From assembly GCA_001917535.1 (NCBI GenBank), contig MNEF01000029.1:13815-77814 (forward strand): a DNA stretch of 64,000 bases, in the 5' to 3' direction. The DNA is from Candidatus Rokubacteria bacterium 13_1_40CM_69_27. GTDB lineage: Bacteria; Methylomirabilota; Methylomirabilia; Rokubacteriales; CSP1-6. Below are positions 21,501 to 31,037 of this stretch, piece after piece. A program made the translations under genes and the position numbers. Position 1 is the first letter of the stretch; each line of letters begins with the position of its first letter. The notes beneath the pieces were generated by a model that ran no database searches, had not been told where the DNA came from, and was given only the letters and a program-made list of their open reading frames with translations.

Positions 21501-23164
21501 GCAAGGCCCACGCGCTCCGCGAGCTGCTGGCCGGTCCCGGTCTGGTCCCCGCAGTGGGGGCCCACGACGCGCTCAGCGCGAAGCTGATCGAGGCCGCCGG
21601 GTTTCCCGTCGTCTGGTCGTCCAGCTTCACCGTCTCCGCCGCCCAGCGGGCCATGCCCGACGTCAACCTCCTGACGATGACCGAGACGCTGGAGGCGGCG
21701 CGGCACATCGACAACGCCGTGAGGCTCCCCGTGATCGCCGACTGCGACAACGGCTACGGCAACGCCGTGAACGTCGTGCGGACGGTGGAGGAGTACGAGC
21801 GGGCGGGCATCGCCGGCATCTGCATCGAGGACAACCTCTTTCCGAAGAAATGCAGCCTCTATCCGGGGATGCGGCGCGAGCTGGCGTCGATCGAGGAGCA
21901 CGCCGGCAAGATCCGCGCGGCCAAGAAGGCCCAGCGGGATGCGGCGACGGTCATCATCGCCCGCACCGAGGCGCTGATCGCCGGCTGGGGGATGAAGGAG
22001 GCGCTGCGGCGCGCCCAGGCCTACGCCGAGGCGGGGGCCGACATGATCCTCATGCACTCGAAGGCGCCGACCGCGGCCGAGGTGCTGGAGTTCATGCGAC
22101 TCTGGGAGCGGCCCACGCCCATCGTGGTGGTGCCCACCCTCTACCCGTCGGTGACCTTCGAGGAGCTGGAGGCGGCGGGCGTCAAGCTCGTCATCTGGGC
22201 GAACCAGGTGCTGCGGGGCGCCGTGAAGGGCATGCAGGAGACGCTGGCGACGCTCGGGCGGGCCCGCCGCCTCGACGCCCTGGCCCCCCACATCGTCGCG
22301 CTGGAGGAGATCTACCGTTACGTCGGCGTGGACGAGTTCAAGCGGATCGAGACGGAGTTCCTGCCGCGGGGCGCCTCGGACGTGCGGGCCGTCATCATCG
22401 CGGCGGGCTCGGGCAAGTCGCTCCTGCCGCTGACCGAGGACCGGCCCCAGTGCATGCTCGACATCAAGGGGCGGACGGTGCTGGAGCGGCAGCTCGAGAC
22501 GCTGCGCGCCGGCGGTATCCAGGAGATCGCGGTGGTCCGCGGCTACCGCAAGGAGACCGTGGTGGCCCCGGGGGTGCGCTTCTACGACAACGACGCCTTC
22601 GACGAGAGCGGCGAGCTCGCCTCGCTCTTCGCGGCCGAGCCCGAGCTGCACGGCCGCGTCCTCTTCCTCTACTCGGACATCCTGTTCGAGCGCGCGGTGC
22701 TGGACAAGGTGCTCCGCGCCGAAGGGGACGTCGTCATCGCCGTGGACCGCGCCTGGGTGGACCAGCGGGACCGCCTGCTGCCGCTGGCCAAGCCCGTGGA
22801 TCTGGTGGTCACCTCCGACCCGCCCCGGCCCGGCCGCCGCTCGCTCGGCGAGGACTGGCGTGACGAGCTGGTGCTGATCGGCCAGCGCATCGCCCCGGAG
22901 GCGGCCACCGGCGAGTTCATCGGGCTGGCGGCCCTTTCGCCGCGGGGCGTGGAGCTCGCGCGCGAGAGCCACGCCCACGCTGTGGCCGCGGGCGCCGCAC
23001 CCTTTCACGAGGCGGCCAGCGTCCGGTACGCCGCCTTCACGGACCTGCTGCAGACGCTGGTGGCGGCCGGCCACCCCGTCACCTGCGTGAGCACGTGGAA
23101 GGGCTGGCTCGAGATCGACACGTTCGAAGACTACCAGCGCGCCTGGGCCGAGATCAGGTCGTAG
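21497..23164 (+). CDS. pepM: Phosphoenolpyruvate mutase-like domain fused to a C-terminal NTP-transferase (cytidylyltransferase) domain
   Basis: AHDALSAK, ADCDNGYGN, EDNLFPKKCS, ARTEALIAGWG, ILMHSK, VIWAN; then IIAAGSG...LTEDRPQCML and WLEIDTFEDY. Confidence 0.8.
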   Translation: MSKAHALRELLAGPGLVPAVGAHDALSAKLIEAAGFPVVWSSSFTVSAAQRAMPDVNLLTMTETLEAARHIDNAVRLPVIADCDNGYGNAVNVVRTVEEYERAGIAGICIEDNLFPKKCSLYPGMRRELASIEEHAGKIRAAKKAQRDAATVIIARTEALIAGWGMKEALRRAQAYAEAGADMILMHSKAPTAAEVLEFMRLWERPTPIVVVPTLYPSVTFEELEAAGVKLVIWANQVLRGAVKGMQETLATLGRARRLDALAPHIVALEEIYRYVGVDEFKRIETEFLPRGASDVRAVIIAAGSGKSLLPLTEDRPQCMLDIKGRTVLERQLETLRAGGIQEIAVVRGYRKETVVAPGVRFYDNDAFDESGELASLFAAEPELHGRVLFLYSDILFERAVLDKVLRAEGDVVIAVDRAWVDQRDRLLPLAKPVDLVVTSDPPRPGRRSLGEDWRDELVLIGQRIAPEAATGEFIGLAALSPRGVELARESHAHAVAAGAAPFHEAASVRYAAFTDLLQTLVAAGHPVTCVSTWKGWLEIDTFEDYQRAWAEIRS

Positions 23165-24324
23165 TGAGCGGACGCGACTTCGCCGCCCTGCTGGAGCGCC
23201 GGGGGTTCGACTTCTTCGCGGGCGTACCCTGCTCGCTGATCGAAGACCTGATCGCGAACCTCGAGAGCCATCCGCGCCTACCCTACATCGACGCCGTCCG
23301 GGAAGACGTGGCGGTGGGCCTGGCCGGGGGCGCCTGGCTGGCCGGCCGGCGCCCCGCGGTCCTCATGCAGAACTCAGGGCTCGGCACGAGCCTGAACGCG
23401 CTCGCCTCCTTCTCCTTGATGTACGGCCTGCCGGCGCTGCTGCTCGTCACCTGGCGCGGCTTCGGCGGCAAGGACGCGCCCGAGCACATCCTCATGGGCG
23501 AGATCTCCCCGGGCCTGCTGGACCTGCTGGGCATCCCCTACCACGTGCTGGCCGGCGACTCGCTCGAGGCGGGCGTCGCCTGGGCGCGGGAGGAGATGGA
23601 CGCCCGCATGAGCCCGGTGGCGCTGCTCATCCCGCCCGGCATATTTTACTCGGAGGGGGCCTCGACGGCCCCCTCCGAAGCCTCCCCCAGGATTGCGCCG
23701 GCAAAGCCGGCGCTCGAACCGCGGCCGCGCCACCGCGCGGAAGGCGCACCGTTGGTGGCGAGGATTTCCCGGATGCAGGCGATCACGGCGGCGGTCAAGC
23801 AGCTGGGTGACGAGCCGGCCATCCACGCCAACGGCTACCCGTCGCGCGAGTCCTGCGCGGTCGCCGACCGCCCGCAGAACTTCTACATGATCGGCTCCAT
23901 GGGCCTGGCTTCGGCCATCGGCCTGGGCGTGGCGCTCGGCCGACCCCAACGGCGCACGATCATCTTCGACGGCGACGGGAACCTCCTGATGAACCTCGGC
24001 GTGATCACCAACGTCGCCGCGCTGGCTCCGCGCAACTTCATCCACTGCGTCTTCGACAACGAGGCCTACGGCTCGACCGGCAACCAGCGGTCGGCGTCGG
24101 CGCACGTCCGGCTCGATCGGGTGGCCGCGGCGGCCGGCTACCGGACGGTGGCGGCGGTGACCGAGGCCGACGAGGTCGCCGCGGCGCTCCGGACGATGCT
24201 CGCCTCGGACGGTCCCCACTTCCTCCTCGCGAAGGTGACGCGCGAGCAGGCGAAGGTCCCGCGGATCCCCCACACCCCCCCGGCGATCCGCGACCGCTTT
24301 CGCGCCAGCATGCTGGGACCGTGA
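23164..24324 (+). CDS. ppd: Phosphonopyruvate (or sulfopyruvate) decarboxylase, TPP-dependent, fused alpha/beta
   Basis: FFAGVPCS, MQNSGLGTSLNAL, KDAPEH, FYMIGSMG, DGDGNLLMNLG, FDNEAYGSTGNQ; coupled to pepM. Confidence 0.85.
   Translation: MSGRDFAALLERRGFDFFAGVPCSLIEDLIANLESHPRLPYIDAVREDVAVGLAGGAWLAGRRPAVLMQNSGLGTSLNALASFSLMYGLPALLLVTWRGFGGKDAPEHILMGEISPGLLDLLGIPYHVLAGDSLEAGVAWAREEMDARMSPVALLIPPGIFYSEGASTAPSEASPRIAPAKPALEPRPRHRAEGAPLVARISRMQAITAAVKQLGDEPAIHANGYPSRESCAVADRPQNFYMIGSMGLASAIGLGVALGRPQRRTIIFDGDGNLLMNLGVITNVAALAPRNFIHCVFDNEAYGSTGNQRSASAHVRLDRVAAAAGYRTVAAVTEADEVAAALRTMLASDGPHFLLAKVTREQAKVPRIPHTPPAIRDRFRASMLGP
23650..23718 (+). repeat. Dispersed palindromic element, copy 3, in frame within ppd
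   Basis: Its 29-nt hairpin is identical to 5986-6014; it encodes SEGASTAPSEASPRIAPAKPALE in the interdomain linker. Confidence 0.85.
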
Positions 24325-25061
24325 AGGCCATCATCCTCGCCGCCGGCGTGGCCCGCCGCCTCGCGCCGCTCACCGACCGGACGCACAAGTGCCTGCTGCC
24401 CGTGGGCGACCGGCCGCTGCTCACCCGGATGCTGGCCGCCCTGGAGGCCGTCGGCGTCGCCGAAGCGCTGCTCGTCGTCGGTCACTGCGCGGACCAGGTC
24501 CGCGCGGTGGCGGGCGCGCGCTTCGGCCGGATGAGGGTTCGCTACATCGACAACCCGGAGTACACCAGGGGCTCGGTGCTGTCGCTCTACGCCGCGCGCG
24601 AGCACCTCGCCGAGCCCGCCCTGGTGATGGACGCCGACGTCCTCTTTTCCCGCGAGCTCCTGCGTCGCCTGCTGGCGGCGCCGCCCCCCAGCGCCTTCCT
24701 CCTCGATCGCGGGTTCCAGGATACGGGCGAGGAGGTGAAGTACTACACGCGGGGCGATCGGGTGATCGCGCTCGGCAAGAAGGTCGTGCCCGAGTCCTGG
24801 GAGCTCGCGGGGGAGGGTGTCGGCTTCTTCAAGTGTGGCGCCGAAGCCGGCCCCGAGCTGGTCCGCCTGCTCGAGCGCGTCATCGCCGCGGGCAACGGCC
24901 TCAACGAGTACGAAGACGCCCTGCACCTCCTGGTCACGCGGCGTCACGTCGGGTGGGTCGACATCACCGGCCTGCCCTGGACCGAGATCGACTTCGCCGA
25001 GGACCTGCGCCGCGCGCGGGACGAGGTGCTGCCGCACGTCGTCCGGCTCGACGGCGCGTGA
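24321..25061 (+). CDS. Phosphocholine/phosphonate cytidylyltransferase-like NTP transferase
   Basis: AIILAAGVARRLAPLTDRTHKCLL, MDADV, EEVK, GEGVGFFK, WTEIDFAEDL (LicC/PntC-like). Confidence 0.85.
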   Translation: MKAIILAAGVARRLAPLTDRTHKCLLPVGDRPLLTRMLAALEAVGVAEALLVVGHCADQVRAVAGARFGRMRVRYIDNPEYTRGSVLSLYAAREHLAEPALVMDADVLFSRELLRRLLAAPPPSAFLLDRGFQDTGEEVKYYTRGDRVIALGKKVVPESWELAGEGVGFFKCGAEAGPELVRLLERVIAAGNGLNEYEDALHLLVTRRHVGWVDITGLPWTEIDFAEDLRRARDEVLPHVVRLDGA

Positions 25062-26224
25062 TCACCGAGGCCGCGCTCTATCTCGCGAGCCCCGAGGACG
25101 CGAGCAGGGCGCGTTCAGCGGTGGCCGGCCGGCCGGTCGCCTTCCGGATGCTGATGGCGGCGATCCGCGCGGGGTGCCGGCGGGTGTACGTTCCGGACAT
25201 CTTCCGGGGCAGCGACGTCGAGCGCGCCATCGCGGCGGCCGCCTCCGCGCGGGCCGCCACCGTCTGGCTCGATCACGACGCGAAACCGCCGGAGGGGCCG
25301 ATCCTGCTCCTACCCGCCGCCGCCCTCGTCCCGCCCTCCGCGCTGGCCGCGCTGCTGGCCGCGCCTCCCCTCGCGCTCCTGGCCGCCTCCCGCGACAGCG
25401 ACGCGCCCGTGGTGGCCGCCGGCGCGGCCCTGGCCGCGGCGCTCTGGACGTCGATCGCGGCGGGTCAGCCGCTGGGAGATGCGTTGGAGCGCGCCCTCAA
25501 GGGCACCGAGGTCACGGTGATTCCGGGCGCCGGATGGTACGTGCGGTCGGTGTCGCCCGCGGCCGGGAAGGAGGCGGAGGTGCAGATCTACGCCGGCCTG
25601 GCCAGCGCCATCGACACCTGGCTCGACACGGTCTTTCATCGGCGCTTGTCACTTCCGCTGAGCCGGGCGGCGGTAGCGGGGGGCCTGACGCCCAACCAGG
25701 TCACCCTGGCGAGCCTGCTGGTGGGCCTGGGGGCGGTCTGGTGTTTCTGGCAGGCGACGCCGGCTCGCGCGATCGTCGGGCTGCTGCTCTACGCGGCGGC
25801 CGTCGTCCTCGACCACGCCGACGGTGAGGTCGCGCGGCTCACCCTCACCGAGTCACCGCTGGGCGCGTGGCTCGACGTGGCGGTGGACACCGCGATCCAC
25901 GCGCTGCTCGTCGTGGCTATGGGCATGACGGCCCAACAGGTCGGGGGCGACGGCGCCGCGCTGGCCGGGGTGGTGGCGGCGATCGGCGTCGTGGCGAGCG
26001 CGACGCTGACGCAGACCTCGCCGCCGGCCCGAGGCGGCGGGATCGGCCTGCTGCTCGACGCACTGAGCAACCGGGACGGGTTCTACGCGATGCTGGTCAT
26101 CTTCATCCTGGGGCTCGCGCTCCGGCCAGGCGCGCTCCCCGCGCTCATGATCTTCCTGGCGGTCGGCTGTCACGCCTTCTGGTTGAGCCGGTTGGCCTGG
26201 CGCCCGTTCCTGCGCACTAAGTGA
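25058..26224 (+). CDS. CDP-alcohol phosphatidyltransferase with a degenerate N-terminal nucleotidyltransferase-like domain
   Basis: TPNQVT and LDHADGEVARLTLTESPLGAWLDVAVD signature. Confidence 0.85.
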   Translation: MITEAALYLASPEDASRARSAVAGRPVAFRMLMAAIRAGCRRVYVPDIFRGSDVERAIAAAASARAATVWLDHDAKPPEGPILLLPAAALVPPSALAALLAAPPLALLAASRDSDAPVVAAGAALAAALWTSIAAGQPLGDALERALKGTEVTVIPGAGWYVRSVSPAAGKEAEVQIYAGLASAIDTWLDTVFHRRLSLPLSRAAVAGGLTPNQVTLASLLVGLGAVWCFWQATPARAIVGLLLYAAAVVLDHADGEVARLTLTESPLGAWLDVAVDTAIHALLVVAMGMTAQQVGGDGAALAGVVAAIGVVASATLTQTSPPARGGGIGLLLDALSNRDGFYAMLVIFILGLALRPGALPALMIFLAVGCHAFWLSRLAWRPFLRTK

Positions 26225-26355
26225 ATGTGCGCGATGGTGGGCCCTCGTGATCGAGCTAACCGCCGCGCGGAGATGAGTTGCCTTCCTGGTGCTATAGTAA
26301 GGACCCGGCCGTGACGACCTCACGATCGGACGTGACGTCCTGCGATCGAGCACGA

Positions 26356-27051
26356 ATGTCGGCGAACAGCTGCGGACTTACTGGAGCTGTGCTGTTCGAT
26401 TTCGGCGGCACGCTGGATGCCGACGGTCTACCCTGGAAAGAGCGCGTGGCCCGGCTCTTTAGGCAGGAGGGCCTCGTCGTTACGGTTGAGCGGTTCGATC
26501 CCCTCTTCTACGCGGCGGACGACGCGCTCGTCGGTGCGGTGCCGCCCACCCTGCCGCTTCGGGAAACGGTGTTTCGGCTCGTAGCCGGTCTGGCCCGCAG
26601 CCTCGGGCTGCGTGACGACACCATGGTCGATCGCGTCACGACACGATTCGTCGAGCATGCGGTAGAGAACCTGCGGGGCAATCGGCCCCTGCTCTGGGAG
26701 CTCAGCCGCCGCTACCGTTTGGGCCTCGTCGCCAACTTCTACGGCAATCTCGCCGCGGTGTGTGCGGAGTGCGGAATCCGCGAGCTCTTCGGCGTCATCT
26801 TAGATTCGGCAGACGTGGGATGCGCGAAACCGGACCCCAAGATCTTTCGCATAGCGGCCGAGGCGCTGGGGCTAGCGCCCGCTCACGCCCTGTTCGTGGG
26901 CGACTCCCGGCCCCGCGACATGGCCGGCGCACGAGCGGCCGGCATGCCCCACGTCTGGTTGGTCGGCGAGACCTCTAGCGACGGGCAGCCCTGCTGTCCG
27001 GGCGACGCGGTGATCCGTTCGCTGAAGGACCTGGAAGAGCTGCTATTGTGA
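26356..27051 (+). CDS. HAD-family hydrolase
   Basis: LFDFGGTLD, KPDPKIF, FVGDSRPRDM; start uncertain. Confidence 0.85.
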   Translation: MSANSCGLTGAVLFDFGGTLDADGLPWKERVARLFRQEGLVVTVERFDPLFYAADDALVGAVPPTLPLRETVFRLVAGLARSLGLRDDTMVDRVTTRFVEHAVENLRGNRPLLWELSRRYRLGLVANFYGNLAAVCAECGIRELFGVILDSADVGCAKPDPKIFRIAAEALGLAPAHALFVGDSRPRDMAGARAAGMPHVWLVGETSSDGQPCCPGDAVIRSLKDLEELLL

Positions 27052-27758
27052 CGCGTGAGCCGACGCTTCGAGGAGGCATCATCGCGGCGGGCAAGGGTCG
27101 CCGGTTGCGCCAGGGGGGCTGGACGATGCCCAAGCCTCTGGTTCCCATCGCCGGTGTGCCCTTGATCGAGTCGGTGATTCGGAACTTCAGCGCCGCGGGC
27201 ATCACCTCCCTCGTCATCATCGTGAACGAGCAAGGACGCGACTGCTTGGAGCACGTGCGCCGGCGCTTCCCCGACCTGGACCTGGACTTCATCGTGAAGA
27301 CTACCGCGTCGTCCCTCGAGAGTTTCGGCGAGGTGGCGACGCGTCTGGGTCGTGGCCGCGCATTGATTTCGACGGTCGACGCCTGGTGCCGGGAAGCCGA
27401 CTTCGTGCACTTCGTGGAGGCGGCGCGACAGCGCCCGGTTCAGGCGACGGTCCTCGCGGTGACGCCGTTGGTGTCGGATGAAGACCCGCTGTGGGTGAGG
27501 CTTGACGACGACGGCCGTGTCAGCGATCTCGGGGGCCGCTCGGGCGAGATGGTCACCGCTGGGATCTATCTGGTCTCCGAGCGTGTGCGGACGATGGTCC
27601 CGCCGTCCGAGCTGGCGCGGCTGCGGGACTTCTTGACCTGGCTCCACTCCCGGGGAGAGGTGCTCTGCGGCGAAGTCATCCAAACGGTCGTCGATGTCGA
27701 CGAGGCCGAAGACGTGGCCCTCGCCGAAGCGCTGGTGGGCGCCGGCAAGAACCCGTGA
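27048..27758 (+). CDS. NTP transferase (nucleotidyltransferase)
   Basis: GGIIAAGKGRRLRQGG...PKPLV, ISTVD, DEDPLWV, VVDVDEAEDV. Confidence 0.85.
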   Translation: MTREPTLRGGIIAAGKGRRLRQGGWTMPKPLVPIAGVPLIESVIRNFSAAGITSLVIIVNEQGRDCLEHVRRRFPDLDLDFIVKTTASSLESFGEVATRLGRGRALISTVDAWCREADFVHFVEAARQRPVQATVLAVTPLVSDEDPLWVRLDDDGRVSDLGGRSGEMVTAGIYLVSERVRTMVPPSELARLRDFLTWLHSRGEVLCGEVIQTVVDVDEAEDVALAEALVGAGKNP

Positions 27759-27777
27759 GTCCTTCGGGAGGTGTCGC

Positions 27778-28614
27778 GTGAGCCGAGCATGTTGGGGCAT
27801 TTTTCGAGAACGGGCGCATTCGCCCGGTCGGGAGAGCGACGACACCGAAATCCTCCGTCTGACGGGAAAGCACCTCGAGGCGAATGGGTACGAGGTGATC
27901 TTGAAGGCGCCGGAGGAGGTGAACGGCGCCACCGACGGCCGCCCGCGCTTTGCGTTCCTGATGTGTGAAGGTCTCGCCGTGCTGGGCCAACTCCGGGCCT
28001 GGGAGGCCGACGGGGTGCGGCAGGTGAACAGCCCCCTGGCGGTCCTGAACACGTATCGGGAGCGGATGATCGCGCAGCTCAAGGAGGCGAACGTTCCGTT
28101 CATCCAGAGCCGTATCGTTTCGACCGCCGAGCCCTACCGTGGCGCGGCTCCGCCCGTATGGGTCAAGCGAGCCGATGTTCACTACACCCAGGAGGGCGAT
28201 GTGGTCTTCGCGCCCAGCGAGGGTGTGCTCGGCGAGTCGCTCCGGGGGCTGGCCGAGCGCGGGATTCCCCGCGCGGTGATCCAGGCGCACGTCGAGGGCG
28301 ACCTCATCAAGTTCTACGGGATCGGCAGCGGAGGCGGAGCCGACGGCGGGCCACAGTGGTTTCGGTGGCTCTATCACAAGGACCAGACGGTGGCCGGCCA
28401 CCCGTTCGACCCGGTGCGATTGGCCCGGCTCGTGCGGAGAGCGGCCGGAGCCCTGAGCCTCGAAGTCTACGGGGGCGACGCAATCGCCACCGCAGCCGGT
28501 GACCTCGTGTTGCTCGACCTCAACGCCTGGCCCAGCTTCGCCCTGTATCGGGAGGAGGCGGCCGCCCGCATCGCCGCCTACCTCGCCCTTCGCTTCCGGG
28601 AAGAGGCGCTGTGA
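27778..28614 (+). CDS. ATP-grasp-like protein
   Basis: PVWVKRAD, VIQAHVEGDLIKFYG, VYGGDAI...LLDLNAWPSF; GGGAGG RBS. Confidence 0.7.
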   Translation: MSRACWGIFRERAHSPGRESDDTEILRLTGKHLEANGYEVILKAPEEVNGATDGRPRFAFLMCEGLAVLGQLRAWEADGVRQVNSPLAVLNTYRERMIAQLKEANVPFIQSRIVSTAEPYRGAAPPVWVKRADVHYTQEGDVVFAPSEGVLGESLRGLAERGIPRAVIQAHVEGDLIKFYGIGSGGGADGGPQWFRWLYHKDQTVAGHPFDPVRLARLVRRAAGALSLEVYGGDAIATAAGDLVLLDLNAWPSFALYREEAAARIAAYLALRFREEAL

Positions 28615-29939
28615 CCGCGCGGCGTCCGGTCGGTCCCCGGTCTCAACGGATCGTCGCCCAGGAAGCGCGGCGGATCGCCCCCGGTTTGCAGTCGTACGCC
28701 CTTTACTCGGGTCTGGCCATGGCGCGGGGAAGCGGCTGCACGCTCGTCGACGAGGACGGGAACGAGTACATCGACTTCATCGCGGGGATCGGAGTGGGCA
28801 GCGTCGGCCACTGCCATCCGCACTACGTGGAGGCGCTCAAACGGCAGGTCGAGCGATTGACCTTCGGTAGCTTCACCACCGAGGGGCGGGCGCGCTTTCT
28901 CGAACTGCTGGCCACCGTCACCCCGCCGGGATTGACGCGTATCCAGTTGTTCTCGGGAGGAGCCGAGGCGGTGGAGGCGGCCTTGCGGCTGGCGAAGGCG
29001 GCGACTCGGAAACACGAGGTCATCGGATTCTGGGGCGGGTTCCACGGGAAAACCGGCGGCGTACTGGGGCTGCTGGGGAGCGAGTTCAAGCACCATCTCG
29101 GACCCTTCGTGCCCGGCCAGTACCTGTCGCCGTATGCGGACTGCTATCGCTGCCCGCTCCGGCTCCGCTACCCGGAGTGCGGCATCGCCTGCGCCGAGTA
29201 CCTGCGCGACGTCATCCGCTATCAGACCAGCGGCGAGATCGCGGCGGTCATCGTCGAGTCTATCCAGGGGACGGCCGGCAACGTCGTCCCTCCGGAGGGG
29301 TTCCTCCGGGCCATCCAGACGATCGCCCGCGACCACGGCGCCCTGCTGATCGTCGACGAGATGCTGACCGGCTTCGGTCGAACCGGGTCCATGTGGGGCT
29401 GCGATCACGACGGGGTCGTCCCCGACGTCATGACGGTGGGCAAAGGCATCGGCGGGGGCTTCCCCATGAGTGGCGTGGTCTCCACGGACGAGCTCACCAG
29501 CCGCAAGCCGTGGTCCAACCCGAGCGCGAGCTCCTCGAGTTACGGTGGCAACCCGCTGGCCGCCGCCGCCGGGCTGGCGTCGCTCGAGATCATCCTGAAG
29601 GAGGACCTCGTCAAGAAGGCCGAGCGGGTGGGCACCGTGATGCTGGCGCGGCTGGAAGCACTGAAGGAGAAGTATCGGTGCGTCGGCGACGTGCGGGGCC
29701 GAGGCCTCATGCTGGGCATCGAGCTCGTGAAGGATCGCATGACGAGGGAGCCGCTGGCCAAGGAGGTGACGCAGGCTCTCTATCAGGAGTGTCTGCGGCG
29801 CGGCTTGGTGGCGATGTGCTATTCACCCTCCATTCGGATCAACCCGCCGCTCATCATCGGCGAGGACCGCGCCCTGGAAGGTCTCGCCATCCTCGACGAG
29901 GCCCTGGCGGCGGTCCTCCGGCAACACGGGCTCACGTAG
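28611..29939 (+). CDS. Class III PLP aminotransferase
   Basis: YIDFIAGIG, SGGAEAVEAA, FHGKT, LIVDEMLTGFGRTG, MTVGKGIGGG. Confidence 0.92.
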   Translation: MTARRPVGPRSQRIVAQEARRIAPGLQSYALYSGLAMARGSGCTLVDEDGNEYIDFIAGIGVGSVGHCHPHYVEALKRQVERLTFGSFTTEGRARFLELLATVTPPGLTRIQLFSGGAEAVEAALRLAKAATRKHEVIGFWGGFHGKTGGVLGLLGSEFKHHLGPFVPGQYLSPYADCYRCPLRLRYPECGIACAEYLRDVIRYQTSGEIAAVIVESIQGTAGNVVPPEGFLRAIQTIARDHGALLIVDEMLTGFGRTGSMWGCDHDGVVPDVMTVGKGIGGGFPMSGVVSTDELTSRKPWSNPSASSSSYGGNPLAAAAGLASLEIILKEDLVKKAERVGTVMLARLEALKEKYRCVGDVRGRGLMLGIELVKDRMTREPLAKEVTQALYQECLRRGLVAMCYSPSIRINPPLIIGEDRALEGLAILDEALAAVLRQHGLT

Positions 29940-29940
29940 G

Positions 29941-30999
29941 ATGCTGCGCGGAGCGATCGTCGGCCTCGGCAACGTCGCCGTTCACGCGCACCTTCCTGGC
30001 TGGCTCCAGCGTTCCGACGTCGAGATCGTCGCGGCCACCGATACGCTCCCGACGCGGCGCGCTGCCGCGGAGGCTCTTCTACCGGGCGCCCGCTGGCACG
30101 ACTCCGCCGCGGAGCTCATGGCGCGCGGAGATCTCGACTTCGTCGACATCTGCACCCCTCCCTCGAGCCACGCGGGGCTGATCCGGACCGCCCTCCAGCG
30201 CGGCCTCCACGTGCTGTGCGAGAAGCCGTTGGTCTGCTCGGTCGACGAACTGGCGGCGCTGGCGCGACTGGCGGCGGCCAGGGATCGGGTGCTCCACACC
30301 GTTCACAACTGGCACTACGCGCCGATCATCCAACGGACCTGGACGCTGCTCCGAGACGGGGCGATCGGCCAAGTCCGGCGGGTCGTCTGGCAGACCCTGC
30401 GGACGAAACCCGCTGACGGCGGCGACGAACGCAACGGGAACTGGCGCGTCAATCCGGACGTCGCCGGCGGCGGCATCCTCACCGACCACGGCTGGCACAT
30501 CTTCTACGTCCTGCAACGCTGGATCGGCCAGCGACCGACGTCGATCAGCGCCACGCTGGAAACGCGCCAGCACACCCAGTGGCCCGTCGAGGACACGGCG
30601 ACCCTTCGACTGACCTTCCCGGAGGCGACGGCGGAGGTCCTGCTTACCTGGGCATCCAATGTGAGGCGAACCTGGGCCGAGGTCACGGGCACCGAGGGCA
30701 CGATCCGGCTGGAAGACGGCACCCTCGTCCTGAAGCGCTCCGGCCGCGAACGCCTGGAGCGGCGGTGGACGTGCCGACCAGGGCTGTCGGAGGGATCGCA
30801 TCATCCCGACTGGTTCCACACAGCCGCGGACCATTTCCTGGCCGCGGTCAACGGCTTGAGTCCGCGGACCGCGAATCTCGCCGAGGCGTCGCTCTGCGTC
30901 ACGCTAGAGGCGCTGGCTCGGGAATCGAATCACCGAGGGCAAGCGCTGTCACTGTCCCCACTCTCTGTTCCCCTCCCCGGGCCGGAGTCATCCCTCTGA
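29941..30999 (+). CDS. Gfo/Idh/MocA family oxidoreductase
   Basis: GLGNVA, ICTPPSSH, HVLCEKP, GGGILTDHGWH. Confidence 0.9.
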   Translation: MLRGAIVGLGNVAVHAHLPGWLQRSDVEIVAATDTLPTRRAAAEALLPGARWHDSAAELMARGDLDFVDICTPPSSHAGLIRTALQRGLHVLCEKPLVCSVDELAALARLAAARDRVLHTVHNWHYAPIIQRTWTLLRDGAIGQVRRVVWQTLRTKPADGGDERNGNWRVNPDVAGGGILTDHGWHIFYVLQRWIGQRPTSISATLETRQHTQWPVEDTATLRLTFPEATAEVLLTWASNVRRTWAEVTGTEGTIRLEDGTLVLKRSGRERLERRWTCRPGLSEGSHHPDWFHTAADHFLAAVNGLSPRTANLAEASLCVTLEALARESNHRGQALSLSPLSVPLPGPESSL

Positions 31000-31037
31000 A
31001 CACGGAGACCGCTGGCTCCATCCAGTCCGGGGAGGAC

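Noticed and set aside
23164..24324. Coenzyme M pathway (comDE)
   Set aside because: No comA/B/C nearby; coupling to a PepM-like gene and cytidylyltransferases favours phosphonate, though sulfopyruvate activity is not excluded
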